Assembly (NCBI GenBank): GCA_965153285.1
Contig: OZ229125.1
Length of the DNA stretch: 64,000 bases
Direction: 5' to 3' (one strand)
DNA from: Podarcis tiliguerta
Lineage: Eukaryota
Under the pieces are notes generated by a model, which saw only the letters and a program-made list of their open reading frames with translations, searched no databases and was not told where the DNA came from. A program made the translations under genes and the position numbers. Below, one piece after another: positions 1 through 11,617 of the stretch (positions within the stretch are counted from its first letter, which is position 1; the number at the start of each line of letters is the position of its first letter).

Positions 1-706
1 GCATCGCCTGAGCTCTGCGAGTGCGGCTTTTTCCTGATTGAAATGCAGCATGTTTGAGGACCAGGACATTCACAGGGAAACCAAAATGCTTGTTTACAAA
101 GCTATTGTACTACCAACGTTACTATATGCTTGTGAAACATGGAACACTTATAAATGCCATCTCCAACTCCTCCTACTTGGGAAGACAGGCAAACTAATAT
201 CAATGTACTGGAAGAAGCAAAGATCACTAGTGTCAAAGCAATGATTCTTCAACATCAACTTTGTTGGACTGGTCATGTTGTGCGGATGCCAGATGATCGT
301 CTTCCAAAGAAACTATTCTATTCCAAACTTAAAAATGGAAAACGTAATGCTGGTGGTCAACAAAAGAGGTTTAAAGACTGTCTCAAGGCAAATCTAAAAA
401 AATGTAGTATAAACACTGACAACTGGGAAACACTGACCTGCCAGCGCTCCAGTTGGAGAACAGCCTTTACTAAAGGTGTCATGGGCTTTGAAGACACTCG
501 AACTCAGGACGCAAGGGAGAAACGTGCTAAGAGGAAGGCAAGCTTGGCAAATCCACACTGTGATCAACTCCCAGAAACCAATGTCCCCACTGGGGTTGTG
601 TGGATCCAGAATTGGTCTCCACAGTCACTTACGGACTCATTGTTAAAATTGTGTTTATGGAAGACAATCTTACTCGGCTACGAGTGATCGCCAAAGAGAA
701 AGAAGA
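1..706 (+). mobile_element. RTE-clade LINE, 3' fragment (degenerate RT C-terminal region)
   Basis: Frameshifted ORFs 38-244 and 154-687 give TKMLVYKAIVLPTLLYACETW and WEDRQTNINVLEEA..QLCWTGHVVRMPDDRLPKKLFYSKL..KRNAGGQQKRFKDCLK, typical of the RTE ORF C-terminus. Ends in a GAA-rich tail at about 694-706. Confidence 0.85.
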
Positions 707-1889
707 GTGACATTGAGGCCATGCCAAGACATCAGCTTTGAGAGAACTAACATAAGCATGTTAAAGCTAAAAAATCCAGTTTTAGTTTGTCTAGATTTTC
801 TGGATGTGTATAACTAAAAATAATAAAGTTTTGCTACTGGTATCCTCCAAAGGGATGTTCGGACAAAGATTGCCTTCTCTTGGCCGCAGAATTCCATGGT
901 CATGGCATGGGTTTCTTGAGGATAACGCAACCTGAGATCATTCTCATGTATATTACTGAAAGTATATTTTACATCTTTTATAGCCATGCTTGTCCTTGTT
1001 CACATGGTCAAGAGTTTCCCCAGACATTAAACTGGAATCATTCTGAGCAAGAGTAGGGTGCTTGCTAACACAATAATTTGTGGCTTAGAAGTTAGGTGCC
1101 ATAACTGAATTCCCAAAGTATGTATGTGATGAAGATAGGAATAGAATTTGACAACTCCTCCTGTCCCAGTAATATATGGGCCAACATACAGTCTTGAGTT
1201 TTCCAGACCCTTAATGTGTGGTACAACTTAAGAGAAACACTTTGTACTTACAGGTTGTTTAAAATAAAATAAGACACAGGCATATTCTGCTAAAACTGGC
1301 TACTTGCTAGCTAGCTGCCTCCTAAAATGGAGCTGAGGCACCGTAAAATGGCAGGTAATCACATGAAGTTGTCTCATTAATCAGATTCATCACATAACTT
1401 ACTTTGTGTCCTTAAGTTGTTAAGCTGAGCATTTTTTCCTGCAAGCAGCAGCTAGTGATGTTGACAGGAGCTGGAAACTGCATAACTATAATGAGATTGG
1501 GTGGGACATGCAGGGATTGGGGCTATAAATTGCTGGGTTGGAGAGGAACAGAGCTGGCATGGGGCAGATCTGCTTTATTGCATCCCTGCTTTTTTTTTGA
1601 CATGCTGTTCTACCACACTGTGTCTGAACTTGTAAGACGTGCTTGAGGATACAAAAAATATTTAACTAGTATGAGTTGCTTCCTCTGTTGTAGGTAGGAA
1701 AAGCTCATGAACTAAGCAACCCAACTGCTGTTTCATAATTGACTCTTATTTAGAATCTAGTAATAAAAAGGACAATTACATAATTCCCCTCTCCTTGCCT
1801 AACATCAGTCATTAGCTTGGTGGAGTTTATCGTAGTCATTAATGCATCACCTCTTTTATGGGAGTGTATTCCTTGCTCGTCAGTTTGAG

Positions 1890-2110
1890 GTCCCATCTGC
1901 AGCATACATTTAAAGCAATATTTCACCACTTTCAAACAGTCATGGCATCCCTTAAAGAATCCTGGGAACTGTAGTTTGTTAAGGGTGCTGAGAGTTACTA
2001 GGAGACCCCTGCCCCCCCACAATACTACAGTTTACTGAGTTCCCTGGAAAGAGGGATGGATTGCTAAACCACTCTGGGAACTAACTATGACGGGAACGGA
2101 GAATCACCTT
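1890..2110. mobile_element. Squamate interspersed repeat (MITE-like); related inverted copy at about 34400-34570
   Basis: The core aagaatcctgggaactgtagtttgttaagggtgctgaga recurs as its reverse complement near 34495-34535. Family not assigned. Confidence 0.5.
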
Positions 2111-2163
2111 GCAACTCTTCATGGCAGGAAGCCAGGAACTGCCCTGAGGGTGGTATATAAACC

Positions 2164-2340
2164 CAGTGCTTTTTTTCCCTTTAAAAATGTTTAGGGGTAT
2201 TCTTATTTTGACTCAAGAAAATCACTATTTTATAGTTCAAATCGGAAGAAATAAATACAGTAAATGGACAAAAGTACAAAGATTCACAAAATGTTTAGGG
2301 GTATGCATCCCCCTGTGTCCCCCCCCAGAAAAAAGCACTG
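2164..2340. mobile_element. hAT-type non-autonomous MITE
   Basis: TIRs CAGTGCTTTTT...AAAAAGCACTG; 8-bp TSD tataaacc (2156-2163) / tataaatc (2341-2348). Confidence 0.8.
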
Positions 2341-4782
2341 TATAAATCTAACAAATAAAATAATGATAATAAATAAACAAAAGTAGTATATAGTACTACT
2401 TTAAACATCTAGTTCAGATGGGACCTTAATCCTAATTTCAAGTGTGACTGCCTCTCTCTCATGTGAGGCCCTCTGGTGTCCTTGATCATTTTTTTACTTT
2501 GGCTGTGTCCCACTGTTGGTGTATTTGATGGTGTATTTGACACTTAGTGCACAATCATTTTAAAATAATGATTTTATATTTAATTTAATCTAAAAAAATA
2601 ATTTTGGGGAATGTAACGTTGCTTTTCAATGTCTTGGGAAGCATCTTTTACCCTTCTTGATGTAACTGTGCTGGAGAAACCTGGTAAGCTTTAGTTATTG
2701 CTCCCATGTGAGAAGGAAGCTGCTGGCAGGAACACTCAGCTTTGTTAATTTATGGGGTGGAAAAGTAGTCCTATATTTGCTACATTTGCAAACCCATGTG
2801 TGCTACCAGTTGGGAGCACAGAGATATTTATTGCTTCTAACAGAAATGTTTAAGGTGATAATGCTAAGTTATACACTGGCTTCTGAAAGCTAAATGGCCA
2901 GAGTCAGCAGACATTAGCTTGGGGTTTTTGCATAATATAAAAGATTTAGTTGGGAGTGAGTGAGTTAGTGTGTATAATGTCCTCTAGATATAAAAATAGA
3001 TGGGAGAGATAGCAGGCAGATGAGTTGGAAATAATTATTAAGAGCAAGTCACATAAGAAGACTTAGTGAAGGGAATTGTGCAGTGAGCCATATATAAACA
3101 ATTTATATAAAGAAGAAATCCACTCTCCAAATCATACACTTTCCATTTTTTCCGTGGCTTAAGTAGATCCTAAACTTCGCGTTTAAGGAATGTTGGTGGA
3201 CTAGGCATAATTAAACTTGGAATATCCCCCCCAAAAAAACCCATTCAGGAGTGCCATCAAAAGAGTCTGGCTTGATGAGATCAGTAGCCCACCTGACTAA
3301 GCATCTGTTTCCCACAGTGCCCAAATAGCTGCTGTTCAGTTCCCAATTCAGCACCATGGGTCTTTCAGCAGCTATTAGCCCTTTTTCTCCAGGAGGCCAA
3401 TAGCAGGATAGGATTAGATGGGAGTTTGGTGTGATTCATTATGTGATTTAACATCTTGGATGGTGTTTCAGTTTGGTGTGTGATTAAACGAGGCGTGATT
3501 CAGCAGAGCACTGAGTGTACGCACACCCCAGTCCTTTTCATGTCAGTGACACAGTTTTTAAACATGCCTCATTTTGTGACACAGTAATTCCATTTTACTA
3601 GCAAACCAGAGGTTAAACTAACCCCTTTCCAGCCCAGGGAGGAACGTGGGGAGCTTGTGCGAGACACACCTATACACTGCAGGTGACACGCTAACATGTT
3701 GCGACACCGTTTGAAAAGTTCTGAGGTAGATCACAAGGACAAGAAAGTAAAATCTGTGTAACACTGGGTTGTATCCAATGCTGGTGATTGGAATTGATGG
3801 ATGTGACTAGCAGGCCCCATTAATTCCAGTGAGTTCACTATGAGTAAATTTAATTGGATACAGTCCATTTTGTGTAAGGCTTGGCGGTACCTGACTTCCT
3901 TAATGTTCTCCTTCCCGTATTTGTGTTACCTATCAGATTGTAATACAGTTTTTTAAATTTTATGCTGCCTTGAATGACTGACAGAAATTGTGTGGGTGTG
4001 AGTGTACATTAAAATGCAGGAAGCATATATAGGCAACAAATGAAGATATCCAGTCTTTTTTGAGCGCAGCTTATGTGCCTGCTAACTCCTGAATGCAATA
4101 AAGAGCTCTTTATCAGATTTGTATAATCAAGGAAAGAGGGCCTTGTCCTCCCGGTCCCATTAGAGGAAACAGCATCCTGCTGTTCACTTCTGCTGAATGA
4201 CTGAGTTCAGATCTTACAATTTCCCCTTTGATCTCCAAATCTTATTAGAGATCTCGTGCGAGATTCTGCCAAGCCAACTTTCTGCGTAGTGTTTGGTTTT
4301 TCAAGCCCCTCTCTTGCAAACCTGTCTTCTCTCTCTGCCCTCCCTCGTCCACTAGATTAAAATGGCAGGTTTATTTTTAGAGAGTTAGCATTTCTGGCTA
4401 GTCTGATTTGAGGCTGCACATATAGGCTTTTTCATGTGAGGCAGAAAATCCGATAGCAGCACATCCTTTCCTCCTGCTAATTAACACCACTTCTGTGTGT
4501 TTTCACTGGGGCCCTTCATTTTAATACCTAATGCTGCCTCTAGGTCACAACTGTCTGTGTTGTTCTGCAGTCTTTTGTTGCATCCAAATCCTGCCATCTC
4601 GTCTCCTTCCTTGCCTCACCAGAAGGGGAGGAGCCAATGTTAGCGGGTCCCATATTTTCCTTTGCTGCAACTAGGTAGTATACCTGCTAGTAGACATCTA
4701 GCATGTGGTGTTGACTACTATGTTTAGTCAGTAATAGAATCCTTAGAAATGTTGCCCATTTAACACTTTCTCTCTTTTGCAG

Positions 4783-4954
4783 GCTCAAAACGTTCAGCTT
4801 AGCAAGGACATGACTCTTGCCAGCAACCGCAGTCTGGCAGAAGGCAACCTCTTATATCAGCCAAAGCTGGATGCCCTGAAGGCTGCATTGACGCAAAAAT
4901 ATCAAGAACTGCAGGTTATCTTTGAAGCATATCAAATAAAGAAAACGAAGTTAG
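4783..4954 (+). CDS. VPS37B: VPS37B coding exon 2 (Mod(r) domain)
   Basis: ttttgcag|GCT...TTAG|gtaatg; AQNVQLSKDMTLASNRSLAEGNLLYQPKLDALKAALTQKYQELQVIFEAYQIKKTKL. Confidence 0.96.
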
Positions 4955-5250
4955 GTAATGAACCCTTCTTTCTGCATCTTCCTGTTTGAAGTGTCTGGCA
5001 GAATGGGCATGCAGTAGAACTCTGTGGCAAACCATACTTATCATTCCTAAGTTGGTTGGTGTAAAGGCATACAGGGTGTTGCTGTCTAAGGGTCAGTAGA
5101 AATGTAAGGAGCTGAGGCTGCCACATTTATTCAGTTAGATCAGGGATGGCTGACTGGTGACTTCCCAGGTGTTTTTGAACTGCAAATCCCATTAGGCTCA
5201 GCCAGCATGGCCAACATCTGGAGAACCGCAGGTTAGCCACCCATGAGTTA

Positions 5251-5866
5251 CCGTATTTTTCGCCCTATAGGACGCACTTTTTCCCTTCCAAAAATGAAGG
5301 GGAAATGTGTGTGCATCCTATGGGGTGAATGCAGGCTTTCGCTGAAGCCTGGAGAGCGAGAGGGGTCGATGCGCACCGACCCCTCTCGCTCTCCAGGCTT
5401 CAGGAAGCTATCCCCCCAGCCCGGCAAGCTCCGGGAGCGATGGCGAGGTTGTGCGCAACCTCGCCATCACTCTCGGACCCATTCTGGGGCTGGGGTCGGG
5501 GAAAGCTCGGGCTTCCCCCGCCCCCATCCCTGCAAGCTCCAGGAGTGATGGCGAAGCTGCGCGCAACTTCGCCATCACTCTCGGACTCTCCAGGCTTCGC
5601 GCAGCTCTCCGCGCGCCCAGCTCTCTCAGCGCACCCAGGCTTCAAGCTTCGCGCAACTCTCCGCAAGCGGTGGGAGCCCGGCGCTGGAATCCCACGGCTT
5701 GTGGAGAGCTGCCTGTTTTGGGGGCTGGGGTCCGGGGAAGCTCGGGCTTCCCCAGCCCCAGCCCCATGCCTGGGGGGGGGGGGGAAATAATCCCCCCCTT
5801 TATTTCCCCCCCAAAAAACTAGGTGCGCCTTATGGGCCGGTGCGTCCTATGGGGCGAAAAATACGG
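5251..5866. mobile_element. Tc1/mariner superfamily (Tc2/MER104-like) MITE with GC-rich palindromic interior
   Basis: TA|CCGTATTTTTCGCCCTATAGGACGCAC ... GTGCGTCCTATGGGGCGAAAAATACGG|TA; TA TSD; shares ends with 37156-37710. Confidence 0.88.
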
Positions 5867-5992
5867 TAGATCAACCATTATTGGGGATATTTTTTAATTT
5901 TTGGATTATTTTCCTAAAATGTCTGGAGTTTAGTATTTCATTTAGCAATTTTGCTTTGATTAATATCTCTTACTGGTTTTTGTTCCATTTAG

Positions 5993-6075
5993 ACCGACAA
6001 TCCAGCAATGCTTCCTTGGAGACCCTTCTAGCACTGCTTCAAACAGAAGGGGCTAAAATTGAAGAAGATACTGAG
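5993..6075 (+). CDS. VPS37B: VPS37B coding exon 3
   Basis: ccatttag|AC...GAG|gtcagt; (D)RQSSNASLETLLALLQTEGAKIEEDTE, 83 nt, phase-compatible with both neighbours. Confidence 0.96.
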
Positions 6076-7589
6076 GTCAGTGAAAAGAGCCTAGGAGATC
6101 AAGTTGCCAACATGCCTCTGACATTGGAAGACCTCTCATCCCCTCTGGGTTCTCAGTGCAATCTTGCAAGCTTATCGCTTCACCTAAAAGAGCTTGCAGA
6201 AAAATACAGATTACTTTAACAGCCCACCGACTTAAATATTTCCCTGAGTTTGACTGTTTTCACAGGACCACTTGAGCAGTGGCTCAACTGGGAAGTAGGG
6301 AAGGGTGTCTCATGATAAGGAGTTTTGCTGGAGCCCTTCTGAACCCAGGATTCTGTGCTGCAGCTTGACCTTGTAGAAGTGGGCATGTGACATTATTCCT
6401 TCTCAGATTTAGCCAGGGAAATGGGCATGGAAATCTAGCTGGGAGGACAGAGCAGCTTGTCGGAGCACTTGCAGAAATTGTGCTCCTGGCTCTGTTGGTG
6501 AGTTGAATTTTGGGCACTGCTGGACAGTTCCTTCCACCTTGCTTGGTCCACCACCAGCCTGTGATCTTAATGTAGTTCAGGAGGCCACAAGCACTGCAGA
6601 TCAGTGGTGTGGGGCACAACATTTTCCCCAAAATATTTCCACAGAAGATTTTCTGTTCCATAAATTCATTACTGTGAGTGGGTACTAACTGCAAATCCAA
6701 CATTAAGTGAGCTTGGTAGTTTCAAAGTTTTGTTTTATTAAATGATAGTTAAATCATTCTGTAGGGTTGCAAATTTTTACTGGAAAAAAATGAATTGGAA
6801 AAATTGTCCAGAGCCTGCATAACTGACCACAGATGGCAGCCTCCTTACTTTAAACTCTATCCTTGCTTTAAGCTGCTTAGGGTTGAAAACAAGCAAATTC
6901 CTTTGTCACTGCACTACAGAGTTAGTGCAGAGAACCTGGCTGTATCAGTCACATTGTGCAAAGAAATAGCTGCATGTTTTCAAGGCTCTGTGTGCGCTGC
7001 ATGTAACACAATTATGTAAGTTGGCTTAAATGCCAGGTTCTTGGCAGAAAAACAGTGCGAAATTTCTTAAGCAAATCATCTTGAGAATCTTAGATTAAAA
7101 ACAAAAAAGTACTCTGGTGGTCATGGTTGCAAACATATGGACAGTGTCTAAAGGTTCAGATCAGAGAGGGAATGGAGGAGGTGAGGGGAAGAAGTTAATT
7201 TCCTTGTTCTCTTCGATCCCAGGCTGTTTCCAATGCCTCCAAGTGCCTCAGAAGCCTTAAGAAAAGCTGGTAGTAACTTCTGCAGGAAAGAAAATCCCCT
7301 GAAGATGAGAGAGGAGAGGGAGGAAAATAGTCAGCTTCAGACTATGCACTGATAGTCCACTGTCCCTCATGGCTGTTCTCCCTTCTTCTAGCTCTTTGCT
7401 GGGAAAAACATTCTCCTTTATTACCTTTATCATTATTTATTAAATTTATATAATAAATTTCCATCTGAGAATCACAGGGAGATTTGCAGTATAAACAGTA
7501 AGCATATGCTCTCACAATATTCATGCCATCCGTGTAACTAGTTACATGTGTCCAGTTTGGAGTAGGGAAGAGTCACACAGAGTATTCTC

Positions 7590-7745
7590 TGGCATAGTTC
7601 AGAGGGAGAGCCCTTGCCTTGCATGAAGAAGGCCCTAGGTTTAATCACCCTGGTATCTCCAGGTGAGGCTGGGAGTCAATGTAGGCAGTATTGAGCTAGG
7701 TGGGCTACTTGGCCTGGCTCTGTATAAAGCAGCTTCATATGTGCC
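7590..7745 (+). mobile_element. tRNA-derived squamate SINE, degenerate (further copies at about 8120-8290, 43120-43312, 45250-45430, 50400-50860)
   Basis: Recurrent tRNA-like head (gcatgcagaaggtcccaggttcaatccctggcatctccagg-like) and 3' ataaggcagcttcct-like motif. Confidence 0.6.
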
Positions 7746-8627
7746 TGTATACTTAAAATATCCATATTCCTATTAATATGTTCCCAGTTAGCTTACCCTG
7801 TGGCCTTTGCACAACTTGGCTGGCCATTTGGAAAATTATGTCACGGTACATTCCTGTCTCTAACAGACAGGGAAACACCAACTTAACCCTCCTAGCAAAG
7901 CCACAGGGAGGTGTTTATTGGATTTATAATGCTGCTTGGATGCAGATCTGTACTTGAAAAGAGCTGATGACACACTGCCTCTTAGCCTAACCTACCTCAC
8001 AGGGTTGTTGTGGAGATTAAATGAGGAAGAGGAGAACCGTGTACACCACCTTAAGCTCCTTGGAGAAAAAATGCTGGGATATAAGTGCAGTAAATGTTTT
8101 AAAAAGAGCAGCTCAATGTTTCAGAGGTCTCAGTGATCTGTGGCAGAGCATCATGTTTTGCATGTAATTGGTAGCAGGTTCAGTCCTGGTATCTGCAGTT
8201 AAGAATCTTGTATAGTGGGGCTGAGAGCAATTTCTGTCTTGAGACCGCGGGAAGTTCCTGCCAGTTACAGTAGGCCCTCTTGAGCCACTGTCTGGCTTCC
8301 CAGGTAAAGGATCGAGCCTTGGCAGCGCAGCTCATTGGTTGTGCTGCTGCAAGCTGAGACAGTTATATTCTTTCATTTTGCATAGGGATGGGTCACCTGT
8401 GGACCTCCAGATGACTATGGACTACAATTTCCATCATCCTTGACATTGGCCATACTAGCTGCAGCTGATAGCAGCTGGAGTCCAACCACATCTGGAGGCC
8501 CACAGGTTCTCCTTCCCTCTTTAGCAGAAAGAGATGCAGTGATGGATGGAGCCTGATGTTTTTTGATTAGGGAATGTCTTTCTGCAGTGTGTCCCTCCCC
8601 TAATGGTTTGTTTGTTGTTTGCAACAG

Positions 8628-9122
8628 AACATGGCTGAGAAATTTCTGGATGGTGAAGTTCCATTGGACACCTTCATTGATGAATATCAGAGCCAAAGGA
8701 AACTGGCTCATTTGCGACGCGTAAAGATAGAAAAACTCCAAGAGATGGTGCTGAAGGGACCGAGACTTCCCCTGGTGCCACCTCAGCCGAGAGCCACTGA
8801 GACACCACCAGCAATTCAGACTTCAGAGGCAAATGCTGCTCCTTCTGTTGTGCCTCGCCGCAATCCTCCACCGCCACCCCTGGCGCCAGGGGTCCCGGCA
8901 GGACGCTTCCCGACTCCCTTTACAGCAGCAATGAATGCAGGACCAGCCATCCCCTATTCAGGTGTCCCATACCCTCCGCTCCCCCCTCGAACAGGAATCC
9001 CATCTACCACTCAAATGCTCCCTCCAGGATATTCAGCTCCGTTCACCCCACAGTACCCACCAGCGTTGCCCCAAAGACCGCCGCCTCGCCTCCCACCAAA
9101 CCCAGGCTTTATCCTACAGTGA
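8628..9122 (+). CDS. VPS37B: VPS37B coding exon 4 (last; end of Mod(r) domain and proline-rich tail)
   Basis: gcaacag|AAC ATG GCT; NMAEKFLDGEVPLDTFIDEYQSQRKLAHLRRVKIEKLQEMVLKG...PQRPPPRLPPNPGFILQ*; TGA at 9120-9122. Confidence 0.97.
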   Translation, partial: NMAEKFLDGEVPLDTFIDEYQSQRKLAHLRRVKIEKLQEMVLKGPRLPLVPPQPRATETPPAIQTSEANAAPSVVPRRNPPPPPLAPGVPAGRFPTPFTAAMNAGPAIPYSGVPYPPLPPRTGIPSTTQMLPPGYSAPFTPQYPPALPQRPPPRLPPNPGFILQ

Positions 9123-11536
9123 AGATGCCATCATGCCCTGACTTGCGTTTTGGTGCTGAACTTTTTACTCTTTATCTCCCACAAACTAAACCTAAGTAGT
9201 GGCAAATCTCCAGACTTTGCACACAAGAAATCATAGCTGACAACTTGTGCATCCTGCAAAACATTGCCATGTTTTGTTTTGTTTTAAATCAACAACTGCA
9301 TACAACACTTGCTTAGAAGGGTGGTGGGGCATCCGAACTGTAAATTTGATTGTTTCCATATTAAGTGGGAACTTGCATAGCTCTTAAGAGATTTCAAGTC
9401 AGTGTGGAATGACTGTGACTTCCCAAGGGATCGTGTCTCTTTCTCTACTTGATTTGCGCATGAAGAACTTCAATCTATTTCTGCAAAAAAAAAAAAAAAA
9501 AAATTCTCTGTTCTGATCTTTTAAATGGTAGCTGTTGCATATACATTCTGACTATGAAAACACAGTAAAGTGGACCAGCCAGCAACCCTGGTGACTCGGT
9601 GCTTGTGCTCGGTGTTTGCTAACTGAGGCTTTAGCACCTAATGTGGGACAAGGTGCTTCCCATGCTGAAGTAATCCCATTCATTTCAGTGAGATGATGCC
9701 AGTGTAAGTAGGTCCCTAAATTGCCTTTTTTAAATGTGTGGTAGGGATCGATCAACTTTTTTTAAACGTGATGACCTCCAGAAAGTCTCAGGATTTAAAA
9801 AAATAAGTAGTGAATGGACACCCGTTTTTCCTCCTCTTGTTGGATCTTTGGACCAGATCCAAAATTTTGTATTTTGTTCCATTGGATACCTTCTGCAACC
9901 TCCCCATTCTGCTTGCTGTCACCCTTCTCTCCTCATCAGTCTGTCTCCCAAATTCCTTCATTGTGGCATGTAGGGTAGAGGGTCGTCTTAAAAAGGCTTT
10001 TGACCTGTATTGTCTTCTTGCATTGTGGAGAGCAAATTCTGTCAAACACACTTTTGTGTGTCATGACTTCTAACTAATCTGATGGGCAATTAGTTCTATC
10101 AGTTTATATTTTCATCACGTCTTTGTCTTAAGCTAAAACTCCCACCCCAGTGGAGAACCTCGAATCTGTTTCGTATTGAGCTGGGAGAGAGCTTTCTCTT
10201 CCCTCCATGCCCCTCTAGTCTTCCAAACCTTTTGTTTCTTAAAATTGAAGACCTGCTTCCATTTACAAACTTTTCTAGACTGACTGCTCTTGAATGAATT
10301 TTGGCTGTTAGTTTTTTGTATTTAATTAACTTTTGCAGTCATGTGACAACTTCAGAGTCTTGAAATTTCGTTGTTGCTTTAGTCCTTCTGGGGGCTCACT
10401 CTTGCTATCAGATGGGTCTGTGACAGAGCCCTGAATAACAGCTAAATATGCTAAATGCAATTTTTCATTGCATTGGATTTTCTTCCAAGAGTCTAGCAGG
10501 GGGTAAAAGATCGTAGAGGGATTAGCACACCAATTTCACATTGCTCATTGGTGTGTTTGATTGATCTCTCATTTTAATAAGCGTGGATAGCTGTAAAATG
10601 AATAATGTTTCAAGAGTGTTTGGAGAGGGACAGTTGTTGCTGAATTCAGTAGGAAATGGTTCTGAGCCTTAAATTTTTCAGGGGACTCATCCACATTCCA
10701 GGTCAAGATAACCTTGCTGATTACTGTCTTTGTATTCTCTTGCATTCTTCAGCATAAAACTAGCAGAAGCTTACTAAGAAGCCGATGGAGAGAAAAAAGA
10801 AAAATCTTTTGAGGTGTGATAGAGGTATAGGGTTGAATACAGAGACAGTAGTAGTTAACACACAATGTAGTTAGAGCAGAGTAGCTACTTCCGCTCTCAA
10901 ATGCTTCTGTTACCAGTTTTCCCTTAAGCCTTTCAGCACAGCATCTTGCAGGAGTAGTTTGTTCTATACGGGGCTATGAAATTAGTTGAAGCGAAATGCA
11001 GATTAAATTGCTGCTGCTCTTTCTTTGTAGTCAGCAGGATTGCCTTGTATCCTATTGAATGGTGTATCTCAAGGTAGTTGGCATGAGTGTGATTTTCAAA
11101 CTGGCCACCATTAAAGAAGCGCCTCCTCTAGTCTTGCTGCTGGTGTCCTGCCATAAGCTTGAGCCATGGTTGAGTTTGGGTTGCATTCAGACTTGGCCTT
11201 ATGGCTTGCCAGGAACAAGATTTGTAGCCAAGGCTTGTTCTCTGGTTTGCTGCTTGTGGTTTGTCTGGGGGAAATAAACCATGGGCCCAGATTCAGATGC
11301 AGTGCAAAGTCATGGGTTAGTTCATAGCATTATGCCATCTTCCTCAATTTCCTCCCTCTTAACCGAGCTAGGAAAATAGACCGTGGGAATTCTAGCTATG
11401 AACGCTGTTGAAGTGGATGAGCAAGACCCCCAAACTTGTGTCTATGCACTAAAAAAATTATATAGGCTGTAGAAGTAAGAAGAAACTGATGTTTACAGCT
11501 ACAGCTACTTTAATTCCAAATTAAGTAAAGTACGTG

Positions 11537-11538
<2 letters not shown>

Positions 11539-11614
<76 letters not shown>
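11539..11614. repeat. Compound microsatellite (TG)16(AG)22
   Basis: Directly visible. Confidence 0.97.

Positions 11615-11617
<3 letters not shown>

Larger units (their letters stand above)
4783..9122 (+). other. VPS37B: VPS37B gene, coding span in window (exons 2-4; ESCRT-I subunit)
   Basis: Three GT-AG exons (172+83+495 nt) splice in frame to a Mod(r) domain plus proline-rich tail ending PGFILQ*, matching vertebrate VPS37B. Adjacent and convergent to HIP1R as in mammals. Confidence 0.96.

Noticed and set aside
3430-3505. Cluster of four GTGATT motifs in VPS37B intron 1
   Set aside because: Short motif that could arise by chance; cannot be supported as a regulatory site without conservation data.
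5342-5770. Repeat-spacer-like arrangement of palindromes resembling a CRISPR or attC array
   Set aside because: Vertebrate intron; units are non-identical, bounded by TIRs and a TA TSD, with no cas or integrase gene.
5243-5822. Several overlapping 88-153 aa ORFs on both strands (likewise 37153-37713 and 63352-63863)
   Set aside because: They lie within GC-rich palindromic MITEs that lack stop codons by composition; no recognisable domain, and palindromy explains the mirrored peptides.
9485-9503. A19 run as a possible retrocopy tail or transcript end
   Set aside because: No upstream AATAAA, TSD or recognisable element; treated as a genomic homopolymer.
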